Shown here piece by piece: positions 9,794-17,588 of a DNA stretch of 64,000 bases. Under the pieces are notes generated by a model that had not been told where the DNA came from, searched no databases, and was given only the letters and a program-made list of their open reading frames with translations. Source of the stretch: a virus. The stretch's first letter is position 1, and the number at the start of each line of letters is the position of its first letter. The DNA lies in the IMG/VR virus record IMGVR_UViG_3300034279_000305, positions 22,962 to 86,961 of that record; one strand, written 5' to 3'. Position numbers and translations under genes: made by a program.

Positions 9794-9848
9794 GCGGTTT
9801 CTCCCCGCAATTGCTGGAATTTGTCAACTTTAGCATTACATTTTTTCC

Positions 9849-11468
9849 TTATGTTTCAACATAATCTAACTTTTTCTTTTTATAATCTTCAATGAATGCA
9901 ACTTTCGTATACTCCGAGGGACGAATACCGCCAAGTTGTCGAAACGATTTCATCATATCCTCATCAGTTTTTCCATCTACATACCAATCATCCATTCTCC
10001 AATGGTCGACTCCGTAATCTAAATAAGAATCATTCGCCCAGAAATTTTTGATGACCCATAGCACAACGTCCCTTTCTGTCAACCCTGTATTACTTTGCCA
10101 TCTATTAAATAGGACTGATTCATCCATGTGTCGCATAAACAATCTTACCTGATTTTTCATCTCGGGTTCAATCTGATTACTCTGGAATATAGGTAGTAAT
10201 TCAGGATCATCCTCTGACAATTGATGCCCCTTGATGTCTATTAATTTATATCCCTGTTTTTCGTACTGCGTTGACAATACGCTAGGACTGGTATTCTCTA
10301 ACGTATTACTAGGAATAACCAATGGATGTATAAGTACGTTGTTGGTTTTCCAGTGTTCTTCGCACCATTTTAGAGTCTCACCCATTGTCTCTTCTGTGTC
10401 ATACGGTAGTCCTGCGATGAGACTGATTGAACCTCTGTAATACCCATTATGCTTTAGAAAGTATGCTTTGGTATCTAGAAGTACTTGTTTAATTTTATCG
10501 CTGTCCATACCCTTACCGATTGCAGCAGCACTTGGGCGATTAAATGATTCTATACCATAAAATTGTCCGTTAAACTGCATGCGAGCTAAATGCTCTATGT
10601 CGCCTGGACGAGTGTGTAACAGATCGGCACGAATATAACCGCCAAACAATGGTTTGAAGGAAAACTTTTCAACTTTATCTGCATATTTGATTATCTTATT
10701 GGTATAATCATTGAAAGTTTCATCTGCAATAGAATATCTGTATAACCCCCAGTTGTCATAATTTCGTATAAGATTGTCGCTAAAATCTTCTGCATCACGA
10801 GTATGATCATCCTTTACTCCCAGTACAGGATACGTGCAGAATGAACATTTGAACCGACACCCTCTGGATGTTTCTATGGTTGTATGCTCAAATGGTTGCA
10901 TGAAATCACGGTTTTCATAATCAACAGATAAATTACGCATAGGAAATGCAGGATAGTGTGCAATAGCATCGACAACTTTTCTCTTGTCCCCCTCCTTGTT
11001 AATGACTTCTTCTGTCCACTTAGCAGTGCCTTTCAAAATCTCAAGCATGGCATGTTCACCATATCCTGTTACCATGTAGTCAGCAGGAATTAAATGTATG
11101 TTATGAAACTGCGTTGATCCAGTAATGATAGTAACGTCTGGATAAGTTTGCTTCAACCATGTAAAACAGCGATATAATGTCTCTGTGTTCATTCTAAACA
11201 ATGCACCCAATCCAACAAATTTGAACGACGGTGACATTCGTGAACGTATCAACTGTTGAAATTCGCGAAATGTCCAAGAAGGAGCAAAATCAACAACCTC
11301 GACAGAGAGACCATTTTGACGCAAGAATGATGCAATTCTGTGCGCTCCTGCGCTTCGGCGAACGGAACTATAACTGATTGTTGCATCCTGCCGACGAAAA
11401 CCCTTACTGTCCGTTGAAGGAGTTTCATCTATATTGATCATACCACCAAAGATAATGCCATCAAGCAT
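9849..11468 (-). CDS. B12-binding domain radical SAM protein
   Basis: N-terminal cobalamin-binding-like region, ETSRGCRFKCSFC, ADETF, GIES, LIAGLP. Confidence 0.85.
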   Translation of the reverse strand: MLDGIIFGGMINIDETPSTDSKGFRRQDATISYSSVRRSAGAHRIASFLRQNGLSVEVVDFAPSWTFREFQQLIRSRMSPSFKFVGLGALFRMNTETLYRCFTWLKQTYPDVTIITGSTQFHNIHLIPADYMVTGYGEHAMLEILKGTAKWTEEVINKEGDKRKVVDAIAHYPAFPMRNLSVDYENRDFMQPFEHTTIETSRGCRFKCSFCTYPVLGVKDDHTRDAEDFSDNLIRNYDNWGLYRYSIADETFNDYTNKIIKYADKVEKFSFKPLFGGYIRADLLHTRPGDIEHLARMQFNGQFYGIESFNRPSAAAIGKGMDSDKIKQVLLDTKAYFLKHNGYYRGSISLIAGLPYDTEETMGETLKWCEEHWKTNNVLIHPLVIPSNTLENTSPSVLSTQYEKQGYKLIDIKGHQLSEDDPELLPIFQSNQIEPEMKNQVRLFMRHMDESVLFNRWQSNTGLTERDVVLWVIKNFWANDSYLDYGVDHWRMDDWYVDGKTDEDMMKSFRQLGGIRPSEYTKVAFIEDYKKKKLDYVET

Positions 11469-12090
11469 CAATCCACCTCGCATCTTCTAGAATTTTCTTA
11501 AACTGTTCTTTATAGTGTTCATTCCAAATCATATACAACATCCATTGTTTTGTATAGTTAATTTTAAACGGTCCATTGTCGGGTAATGTATATGGGTGTA
11601 TTCTGAAGTTTGGTTTTCCAAAATGCTTCCCGTCCTCGTAGTAATACTTAGGATAATTCACAGGATCGTTTATTGCCAGATATCTAAGTAATCTCTTGTT
11701 AAATTCATTGGCAGTATTGATTGCTCCATACCTTCCTGCTTCGATGCTACGATCTATTGCTATCGTATGAATGTCACCGTGTGCTCTTGCGAGTTGCATT
11801 CCTGGAATAGTATAACTACGCGAACTCAAATGTGTCATGTGAGAATCTATGTTCGATTCATGATATCCACCTCCACAAAGTATTTTACCATCTCTTCGGT
11901 AGAGAATATATCCATTTCCAAGTCCATCATATCTCTTTTGAACATACAACGCATGTAGAAACGAAGATCGAGTATTCTCCCAATTAACGGGACTCATGTT
12001 TGTTGCTCCAGGTCTTGTATCATCTATTGCATGGTTACAGAATGGCAACAACTGATCAATGGGATATGTGCTGTCTATCTGTTCAAACAT
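11461..12090 (-). CDS. hypothetical protein, possible GNAT-fold acyltransferase
   Basis: Pattern YILYRRDGKILCGGGY...SRSYTIP...N..N is GNAT-like; weak. Confidence 0.4.
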   Translation of the reverse strand: MFEQIDSTYPIDQLLPFCNHAIDDTRPGATNMSPVNWENTRSSFLHALYVQKRYDGLGNGYILYRRDGKILCGGGYHESNIDSHMTHLSSRSYTIPGMQLARAHGDIHTIAIDRSIEAGRYGAINTANEFNKRLLRYLAINDPVNYPKYYYEDGKHFGKPNFRIHPYTLPDNGPFKINYTKQWMLYMIWNEHYKEQFKKILEDARWIDA

Positions 12091-13094
12091 TACCCAATCT
12101 CCGCATAATGACATTTTCTACAAATCTCATCTCTGGCGCGAACGATTACCTCAGCATGTGTTTCGGACACCCATATATCACTCAGAGAAGATTTCGAAAG
12201 GTCTCCGAAAACATACTCCATGTTGTAATCATTGCAGCAAAGAAAAGTTTCTCCCAAAGAATTTATATGAATCCATTCAGTAGTTCTATCCGTCTTAACA
12301 TCTTCAAATCCCCGACAACCTATGACAGTGCCAGTTTTTAATCTCTCTTCGATCGAAGGTTGGTTTGAAATTAAAGACGACAACAATCCTGCTCTATCAT
12401 GCAGCACGTATTCCTTGTATGGGATGAAGTTCTTAAACTTTCTCTTGGCAAATTTGTACGCCTGGAAACGTTCTCCCTTTACTGGATGCATATCAATTTG
12501 CAGGTTATTTAATTCCTCGCCTCTGTGAATGTCATTATCCCAGACCTTATCGTCGACCCCATTAATCAGTATGATCAAATTATCAAAGTCTGCCAGTTCT
12601 GTATCTGCATATTCTAAATTTGCTATCAATCTATCGTATTGATTGACATGCAACCCAGAACGACTTGCCCAAGTTTCTGGTTCGAATGATGGGATGTTCA
12701 GTATAATCTCAGAGATAACATCCTTATTAGACTTGATCATGTCTATCTTTTTGGGAGTAAGATTAATCCCATTGCTGAAAATGGTAGTGGTGAAGTTATA
12801 CTTGCGAAGTAACTCCAGAAATTCTTCGAGATACCTATACAATAACACCTCACCGTAGTGTGCAGTGTAGATGTTTCTCATTGAGAGAGATACAACTCCA
12901 CTCTCGTCGTTACGATGCGATGCCAAATCGGCAAGAATCTTTTCTACTAGATCTAGAGGCATGTGCACCCTTGTTCGCTCAGGCTGTGGGATATATTTTA
13001 CTGGACAATACCAGCATGCAGCATTACAGAACCCAAACAAGTCAAGTTGGACGTGTTGGATCTTTATGTCCCGTAAGTTCTGTAAAAGATTCAT
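12090..13094 (-). CDS. radical SAM protein with SPASM/twitch domain
   Basis: CNAACWYC; C-terminal C...INSLGETFLCC...GDL...IW...CRKC. Confidence 0.88.
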   Translation of the reverse strand: MNLLQNLRDIKIQHVQLDLFGFCNAACWYCPVKYIPQPERTRVHMPLDLVEKILADLASHRNDESGVVSLSMRNIYTAHYGEVLLYRYLEEFLELLRKYNFTTTIFSNGINLTPKKIDMIKSNKDVISEIILNIPSFEPETWASRSGLHVNQYDRLIANLEYADTELADFDNLIILINGVDDKVWDNDIHRGEELNNLQIDMHPVKGERFQAYKFAKRKFKNFIPYKEYVLHDRAGLLSSLISNQPSIEERLKTGTVIGCRGFEDVKTDRTTEWIHINSLGETFLCCNDYNMEYVFGDLSKSSLSDIWVSETHAEVIVRARDEICRKCHYAEIG

Positions 13095-13735
13095 GATATA
13101 ATATTAAGACGAATTCGTGCTTCTTCTAAATCTTCATTAAACAGGTCATCATAATTTTCTGCAAGTAAGAACTTAGCATTCTTCCCTCGTAGATATGCAT
13201 GTTGGACCATCGACAGATTTTTGTATGTAAGACCATACTTCAACAAACCAAGCAGACATATCGCGATCCAACCAATTGATTTTGTTTGTGCAAACGAAAA
13301 TGCAGCAAGGCAAATTTCGCCTGTATCATTTGCAGGATATCCTGTCAATGTATGCCAAGTGTCATGTGTGTCGCGATATCTGCGTGCCATCCAATTATAC
13401 GGATGTTTCGCTTCGATCCATTTACTGTTGTTTGATTTTCTCCTGCTGAGTTTCAGCAGGATTTCTTGGTTTGGAAATAGTTTGTGGCATTCTCTACCAA
13501 CAGACCCTTCTGGTCTCTCGGAAAGTGTCGGGAAATACTCGGAAATTTCTTCAGAGGAGTATGCTATCTCACCACCCGATTCAGTCTTCATTAACTGATC
13601 GAGACTCCAGCGTAATGATGGAGGATTTAATGCATGAAGGATCTCGAAAATGAAAATTGTATTCGCAGGATTTCTACGAAGTTTCTTAAATGCTTTGTAT
13701 GCACGAAGATAGTCAATTTTGTATTCTAGACTCAT
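13091..13735 (-). CDS. Coq4-family protein
   Basis: PEGSVG, RYRDTHDTWHTLTGY....GE (HDxxH-x11-E). Confidence 0.8.
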   Translation of the reverse strand: MSLEYKIDYLRAYKAFKKLRRNPANTIFIFEILHALNPPSLRWSLDQLMKTESGGEIAYSSEEISEYFPTLSERPEGSVGRECHKLFPNQEILLKLSRRKSNNSKWIEAKHPYNWMARRYRDTHDTWHTLTGYPANDTGEICLAAFSFAQTKSIGWIAICLLGLLKYGLTYKNLSMVQHAYLRGKNAKFLLAENYDDLFNEDLEEARIRLNIIS

Positions 13736-14471
13736 TTACAATAACCTTCAATTCGCGAAGCACTTTCTTAATTTCAATTGGATTACTTAGGAAGGCATAG
13801 AAGTTTCCACTATCTTCCAAGTCATAGACATATAGATGCTCATCAGTAAGAACATAGTTTATGTCTGGATTATAGTATAATTTATATGATGCTACGACAT
13901 CCTCTGAACCGAGAAATGTCTCGTCGAAATTGAAGGAATTGACAACTTTGTTAGAATACAGTAACATTCTATTTTGCAGAAGATTTGCCGCCAAAAATTT
14001 ACCAAGTTCGATTAGGCGTAATCCATGCGAACCTTTTACGTTCGCGAACTTGTAGATATCAGCGCTGTTGAAGAATGCATTACCAGTGGTATTATTTCCA
14101 TTATATGTCATAACTCCATCAATCAAACCAACCACATCAACATCGGGATTATCGTCCACGATCGTAGCGAGTTTGCTCAATGCATCAGGAGCGAGATAAT
14201 CATCAGCATCGACTTGCATATAATAGTCATGCGGGCGAGATCGGAAAATCTCTAGAACAGAATTCTTTCCCCTCGCAGGTGTCCCGTTAGATTCAGTTAC
14301 CAGAAACTCTACATTGTATTCCTCTGCAACAGATCTCGCTTGCTCTACAAATGAAAAATCGAGAGTGTTACATACCACAACCACATCACTGGTTTGAGGT
14401 AGAACACTCTCGATACAACGTTTTAATTTTTCAACATCCCTTGAAGTAAGGAGTGCAACCAATATGTTCAT
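13713..14471 (-). CDS. glycosyltransferase family 2
   Basis: KRCIESVL, GKN, QVDADD (DxD), SED motif. Confidence 0.85.
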   Translation of the reverse strand: MNILVALLTSRDVEKLKRCIESVLPQTSDVVVVCNTLDFSFVEQARSVAEEYNVEFLVTESNGTPARGKNSVLEIFRSRPHDYYMQVDADDYLAPDALSKLATIVDDNPDVDVVGLIDGVMTYNGNNTTGNAFFNSADIYKFANVKGSHGLRLIELGKFLAANLLQNRMLLYSNKVVNSFNFDETFLGSEDVVASYKLYYNPDINYVLTDEHLYVYDLEDSGNFYAFLSNPIEIKKVLRELKVIVNESRIQN

Positions 14472-14785
14472 CCGATCAATGAACCTCCTGCTTTCTTCTT
14501 CGCCTTGGCAACTGCCTCTTGCGTCTTGACAGTCTTATGGTCTTTTTTACCATAGTCTTTGGCAAGGGGACTGTTGGGATTCGCGTCTGCAATTTTCGAC
14601 ATCACTTCCTTGAAGTGGTCTGGTGGTTTGACGCCATCACCTACACCACCGATAATATTCGGTGCAGTTATACCTTGGATAAGGTGTGGATTTTTCTCTA
14701 GAAACTCTTGTAATGCGTCAAATGAACCCCAGAAATCATCCTGAGGTTCACGTGTCTCTGCATCTAAAACTGTATATAAGGGCAT
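14468..14785 (-). CDS. FmdB-like T4-type phage protein
   Basis: MPLY N-terminus and FKEVMSKI...NP.S as in cyanophage FmdB-like proteins. Confidence 0.55.
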   Translation of the reverse strand: MPLYTVLDAETREPQDDFWGSFDALQEFLEKNPHLIQGITAPNIIGGVGDGVKPPDHFKEVMSKIADANPNSPLAKDYGKKDHKTVKTQEAVAKAKKKAGGSLIG

Positions 14786-14813
14786 TGTTATCGCTCTCTA
14801 ATTAATACCAAAA

Positions 14814-14889
14814 TGGTACGGAGTGACGGGCTCGAACCGCCGACATTCTGCGTGTAAAGCAGACGCTCTACCAACTGAGCTAACCCCGC
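14814..14889 (-). tRNA. tRNA-Val(TAC)
   Basis: Cloverleaf, TCTGC-TTTACAC-GCAGA, encoded CCA. Confidence 0.95.
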
Positions 14890-15317
14890 ACAACGTGGTC
14901 CGCTGCATGGGTGGCAGCGAACGAATCAGGTTTGACCTTGGCATCAATACCAGTCGAACCCTTAACGTATCCCAGTGCTTCTTTCACTGCGATATTACTC
15001 TTATACCTTGGATTTGGATTTAAGTCAAGGTGTATTTCCAATTTTCTTTGACCAACTACGTCTAAAATTGCAGTTGCTGCTTCAATAGCAAATCCTGCTT
15101 CAGTAATTAGACGTTGACGTAGATTGCCAAAGTCGCGCATCTCTACGTTTCTAGAGAATAAATTACCACCATGCTTAGAATCCTTGTGGAGAATAATAAC
15201 AGTGGAATACTTAGCAAACCAAAGACCGTTGCGTTTGAATCGAATGGAGTCCGCACCTACATAAACAGATGACGTCTCGCTTGAATTTAGAATTGCTTGT
15301 CTTGCTTCATCATACAT
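14880..15317 (-). CDS. RNase H-like YkuK (DUF458) family protein
   Basis: VYVGADS, RL..EA, EIHLDLN, KPDSFAA..AAD. Confidence 0.8.
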   Translation of the reverse strand: MYDEARQAILNSSETSSVYVGADSIRFKRNGLWFAKYSTVIILHKDSKHGGNLFSRNVEMRDFGNLRQRLITEAGFAIEAATAILDVVGQRKLEIHLDLNPNPRYKSNIAVKEALGYVKGSTGIDAKVKPDSFAATHAADHVVRG

Positions 15318-15335
15318 AGGTCACCTATTGAAAAT

Positions 15336-15411
15336 TGGCGGCGGGTGGTAGGAATTGAACCTACTTCTCAAGGTTTTGGAGACCCGTGGATTACCGTTTT
15401 CCCTCACCCCC
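15336..15411 (-). tRNA. tRNA-Trp(CCA), atypical
   Basis: CTCCAAA loop, GTAGG-TTCAATT-CCTAC T-arm, G73-CCA; bulged acceptor stem. Confidence 0.8.
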
Positions 15412-15426
15412 GTAATACTTATAAAA

Positions 15427-15503
<77 letters not shown>

Positions 15504-15564
15504 AAAGTCAAGTCGCACTGTGACGCCTGACCCCGTACTGCCCAGAAAAACAGTACGTCGTATA

Positions 15565-15646
15565 TGGTACCCAAGATAGGATTCGAACCTACATCTTACT
15601 TCCAGTTACCTTTGGCTCCGTTCGTAGCGGAGAGGGATACTTGGGC
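15565..15646 (-). tRNA. D-armless tRNA-like RNA with ACG (Arg) anticodon
   Basis: GCCCAAG/CTTGGGT acceptor plus ACCA, CTCCG-CTACGAA-CGGAG arm, GTAGG-TTCGAAT-CCTAT T-arm, no D arm at normal position. Confidence 0.7.
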
Positions 15647-15651
15647 AAAAA

Positions 15652-15726
15652 TGGAGCGGGAGATCGGGATCGAACCGACGACGAACAGCTTGGAAGGCTG
15701 ACACTCTACCACTGAGTTACACCCGC
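15652..15726 (-). tRNA. tRNA-Gly(TCC)
   Basis: Cloverleaf, CTTCCAA loop, CCA. Confidence 0.95.
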
Positions 15727-15743
15727 ATTAAACTTATTTATAT

Positions 15744-15820
15744 TGGCGACTCGTACGGGACTTGAACCCGTGGCCTCTAGCGTGACAGGCTAGCGATCTA
15801 ACCAACTGATCTAACGAGCC
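15744..15820 (-). tRNA. tRNA-Asp(GTC)
   Basis: Cloverleaf, CTGTCAC loop. Confidence 0.95.
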
Positions 15821-15825
15821 TAAAC

Positions 15826-15911
15826 TGGTGGACAGGGTTGGATTCGAACCAACGTAGCATTACTGCGGCAGATTTACAGTCTGCTGGTATTAACCACTCA
15901 CCCACCTATCC
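15826..15911 (-). tRNA. tRNA-Tyr(GTA)
   Basis: CTGTAAA loop, long variable arm. Confidence 0.95.
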
Positions 15912-15916
15912 AAAAA

Positions 15917-15992
15917 TGGTGCTCCCGAACGGATTCGAACCGCTGACACGTGGTTCTTCAAACCACTGCTCTACCAACTGAGCTACAGGAGC
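15917..15992 (-). tRNA. tRNA-Phe(GAA)
   Basis: GTGGT-TTGAAGA-ACCAC. Confidence 0.95.
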
Positions 15993-15998
15993 ATATAA

Positions 15999-16081
15999 TG
16001 GTACGCCTAGAGGGACTCGAACCCCCACGCTTTCGCACTGGTACCTAAAACCAGCGTGTCTACCAATTCCACCATAGGCGC
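15999..16081 (-). tRNA. tRNA-Leu(TAG)
   Basis: CTGGT-TTTAGGT-ACCAG, variable arm. Confidence 0.95.
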
Positions 16082-16091
16082 ATAAAAGAGT

Positions 16092-16204
16092 GACCACCTA
16101 AGTGTGCCTTGATTGCTTACTTCGCGACGTTGCAATCTTCCCATGTGAAGAAATATATTGCAAATTATTTCCGCACAACTTCTCGAGGTTCAGCATAGGT
16201 GGTC
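16092..16204 (-). ncRNA. candidate rod-shaped small RNA
   Basis: Spacer between two tRNAs closed by perfect 9-bp stem GACCACCTA/TAGGTGGTC with further interrupted pairing. Confidence 0.45.
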
Positions 16205-16209
16205 TATAT

Positions 16210-16285
16210 TGGTGGAGAATAACGGGATCGAACCGTTCACCTTCTGCGTGCAAGGCAGACGCTCTACCGAATGAGCTAATTCCCC
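16210..16285 (-). tRNA. tRNA-Ala(TGC)
   Basis: CTTGCAC loop, G3:U70. Confidence 0.95.
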
Positions 16286-16296
16286 GAATCTATAAA

Positions 16297-16465
16297 GCGA
16301 AGTGGGAGGATTCAGTTGTACCTCCATGACCCAGTCAATTACTATCTGTAATCTCGGTCAACGACTCGTTACTGGTTAAGAGGAGTACCACTCCCCGAGT
16401 CTACATTATCCCCACTGACGAGGGGATTATTCAGTCACACTTCTTACGCCGACCGTCGCCAGCGA
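16297..16465 (-). ncRNA. structured RNA, manA-motif-like
   Basis: GAAGTG/CACTTC closing stem, GTGTGACTGAATAA...TAATGTA...GTGGT...ACCAG...GGAGG-loop-GAATCCTCC; resembles the phage tRNA-associated manA motif as recalled. Confidence 0.55.
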
Positions 16466-16469
16466 TATT

Positions 16470-16548
16470 TGGTTGCAGAGGTTGGATTTGAACCAACGAT
16501 TTCCGGCTTATGAGACCAGCGAGGACGACCAGACTCCTCTACTCCGCG
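16470..16548 (-). tRNA. tRNA-fMet(CAT)
   Basis: C1:A72 mismatch, CGCGGAG start, CTCATAA loop. Confidence 0.88.
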
Positions 16549-16554
16549 ATAAAC

Positions 16555-16629
16555 TGGCTCCCTAAGATGGATTCGAACCACCGACCAATTGATTAACAGT
16601 CAACTGCGCTACCGCTGCGCCATTAGGGA
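16555..16629 (-). tRNA. tRNA-Asn(GTT)
   Basis: CTGTTAA loop. Confidence 0.95.
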
Positions 16630-16636
16630 ATAAGAA

Positions 16637-16712
<76 letters not shown>

Positions 16713-16821
16713 AAAACTTATTTAAAGAACACACTATATGCCTATTGACACGCATCTTAAGCGGGACTCACAATAATGTGCTCATTAAATAAGTCTCGAA
16801 AGACTTATTTTATTATAACAA

Positions 16822-16833
16822 TGTCAAAGAGCA
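16822..16833 (-). promoter_or_regulatory. rrn-type boxA antitermination element
   Basis: TGCTCTTTGACA immediately downstream of promoter, upstream of tRNA run. Confidence 0.65.
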
Positions 16834-16840
16834 GGAACTT

Positions 16841-16878
16841 TATTTATACATTCTACTACAATTTTTGTAGAAAGTCAA
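16841..16878 (-). promoter_or_regulatory. tandem early (TTGACT-N17-TAGAAT) and late (TATAAATA) promoters of tRNA operon
   Basis: Both motifs read directly. Confidence 0.75.
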
Positions 16879-16907
16879 CACTTATTTTCATTTTTACCAA
16901 AATAATT

Positions 16908-16983
16908 TGGTAGGGTCGGTGGGACTCGAACCCACACTGGAGGGATTTTAAGTCCCTTGTCTCTGCCTTTGGACTACGACCCC
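16908..16983 (-). tRNA. tRNA-Leu(TAA), short variable loop
   Basis: AGGGA-CTTAAAA-TCCCT, 5-nt variable loop. Confidence 0.88.
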
Positions 16984-16984
16984 A

Positions 16985-17062
16985 TGGGGTGGAAGACGGG
17001 ACTCGAACCCGCGACATTCGGCATCACAAGCCGACGCTCTAACCAACTGAGCTACAACCACC
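16985..17062 (-). tRNA. tRNA-His(GTG)
   Basis: TTGTGAT loop, G-1:C73. Confidence 0.93.
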
Positions 17063-17063
17063 A

Positions 17064-17152
17064 TGGCGGAACATCAGGGAGTCGAACCCTGTCTACCCTT
17101 TACAGGTAGTACGCATTAGCAGTGCGCTGCATTACCGTCCTGCCCATGTTCC
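17064..17152 (-). tRNA. tRNA-Ser(GCT)
   Basis: CTGCTAA loop, long variable arm. Confidence 0.9.
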
Positions 17153-17157
17153 AAACC

Positions 17158-17235
17158 TGGAGCGCCGAGTCGGATTCGAACCGACGACTGGAAGGATTTG
17201 CAGTCCTTTGCATTTGACCACTCTGCCATCGGCGC
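17158..17235 (-). tRNA. tRNA-Cys(GCA)
   Basis: CTGCAAA loop, U73. Confidence 0.95.
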
Positions 17236-17236
17236 T

Positions 17237-17308
17237 TGGTACCAGCAGTAGGTAACGCTCCTACCAAACCAACCTTATGAGAGTCGGTCGGACACTTATC
17301 CTGCTGGC
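17237..17308 (-). tRNA. degenerate tRNA-like RNA with CAT anticodon
   Basis: GCCAGCA/TGCTGGT plus ACCA, CTCATAA loop on 7-bp stem, mini D arm, T-loop AGCGTTA. Confidence 0.65.
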
Positions 17309-17310
17309 AT

Positions 17311-17386
17311 TGGTGCGTCTAGTAGGCTCCGACCCTACGACCTCACGGTTATCAGCCGTGTGCTCTACCAACTGAGCTATAGACGC
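17311..17386 (-). tRNA. tRNA-Ile(GAT)
   Basis: CTGATAA loop; non-canonical T-loop GTCGGAG. Confidence 0.9.
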
Positions 17387-17393
17387 ATTAACT

Positions 17394-17588
17394 CTACTTC
17401 GAATCTGCCTGCGGAGTTACTGCCGCATCTAGAGGTTTTTCTGCTGCTTCTTCTGTTGCATTTGCTGTAGCAAGTGCTTCATCTGCTGCAGGACCAGCAG
17501 CTTCTGCAACTGATGGCGTTTCTGCGCTGGGAGCACATGCTGCTGTAAGTGCTACAACTGCTGCTGCCATAAAAGTCTTGATATTCAT
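17394..17588 (-). CDS. small lipoprotein
   Basis: Signal peptide ending LTAAC, Ala/Glu/Pro-rich tail, AAGGAAG SD. Confidence 0.75.
   Translation of the reverse strand: MNIKTFMAAAVVALTAACAPSAETPSVAEAAGPAADEALATANATEEAAEKPLDAAVTPQADSK

Noticed and set aside
13091-13735. Ubiquinone biosynthesis function for the Coq4-like gene
   Set aside because: Family motif is present but no other quinone genes; function left open
15504-15560. Two short hairpins between the ACG tRNA-like gene and tRNA-Pro
   Set aside because: Too short to support a separate RNA; may be spacer or processing structure
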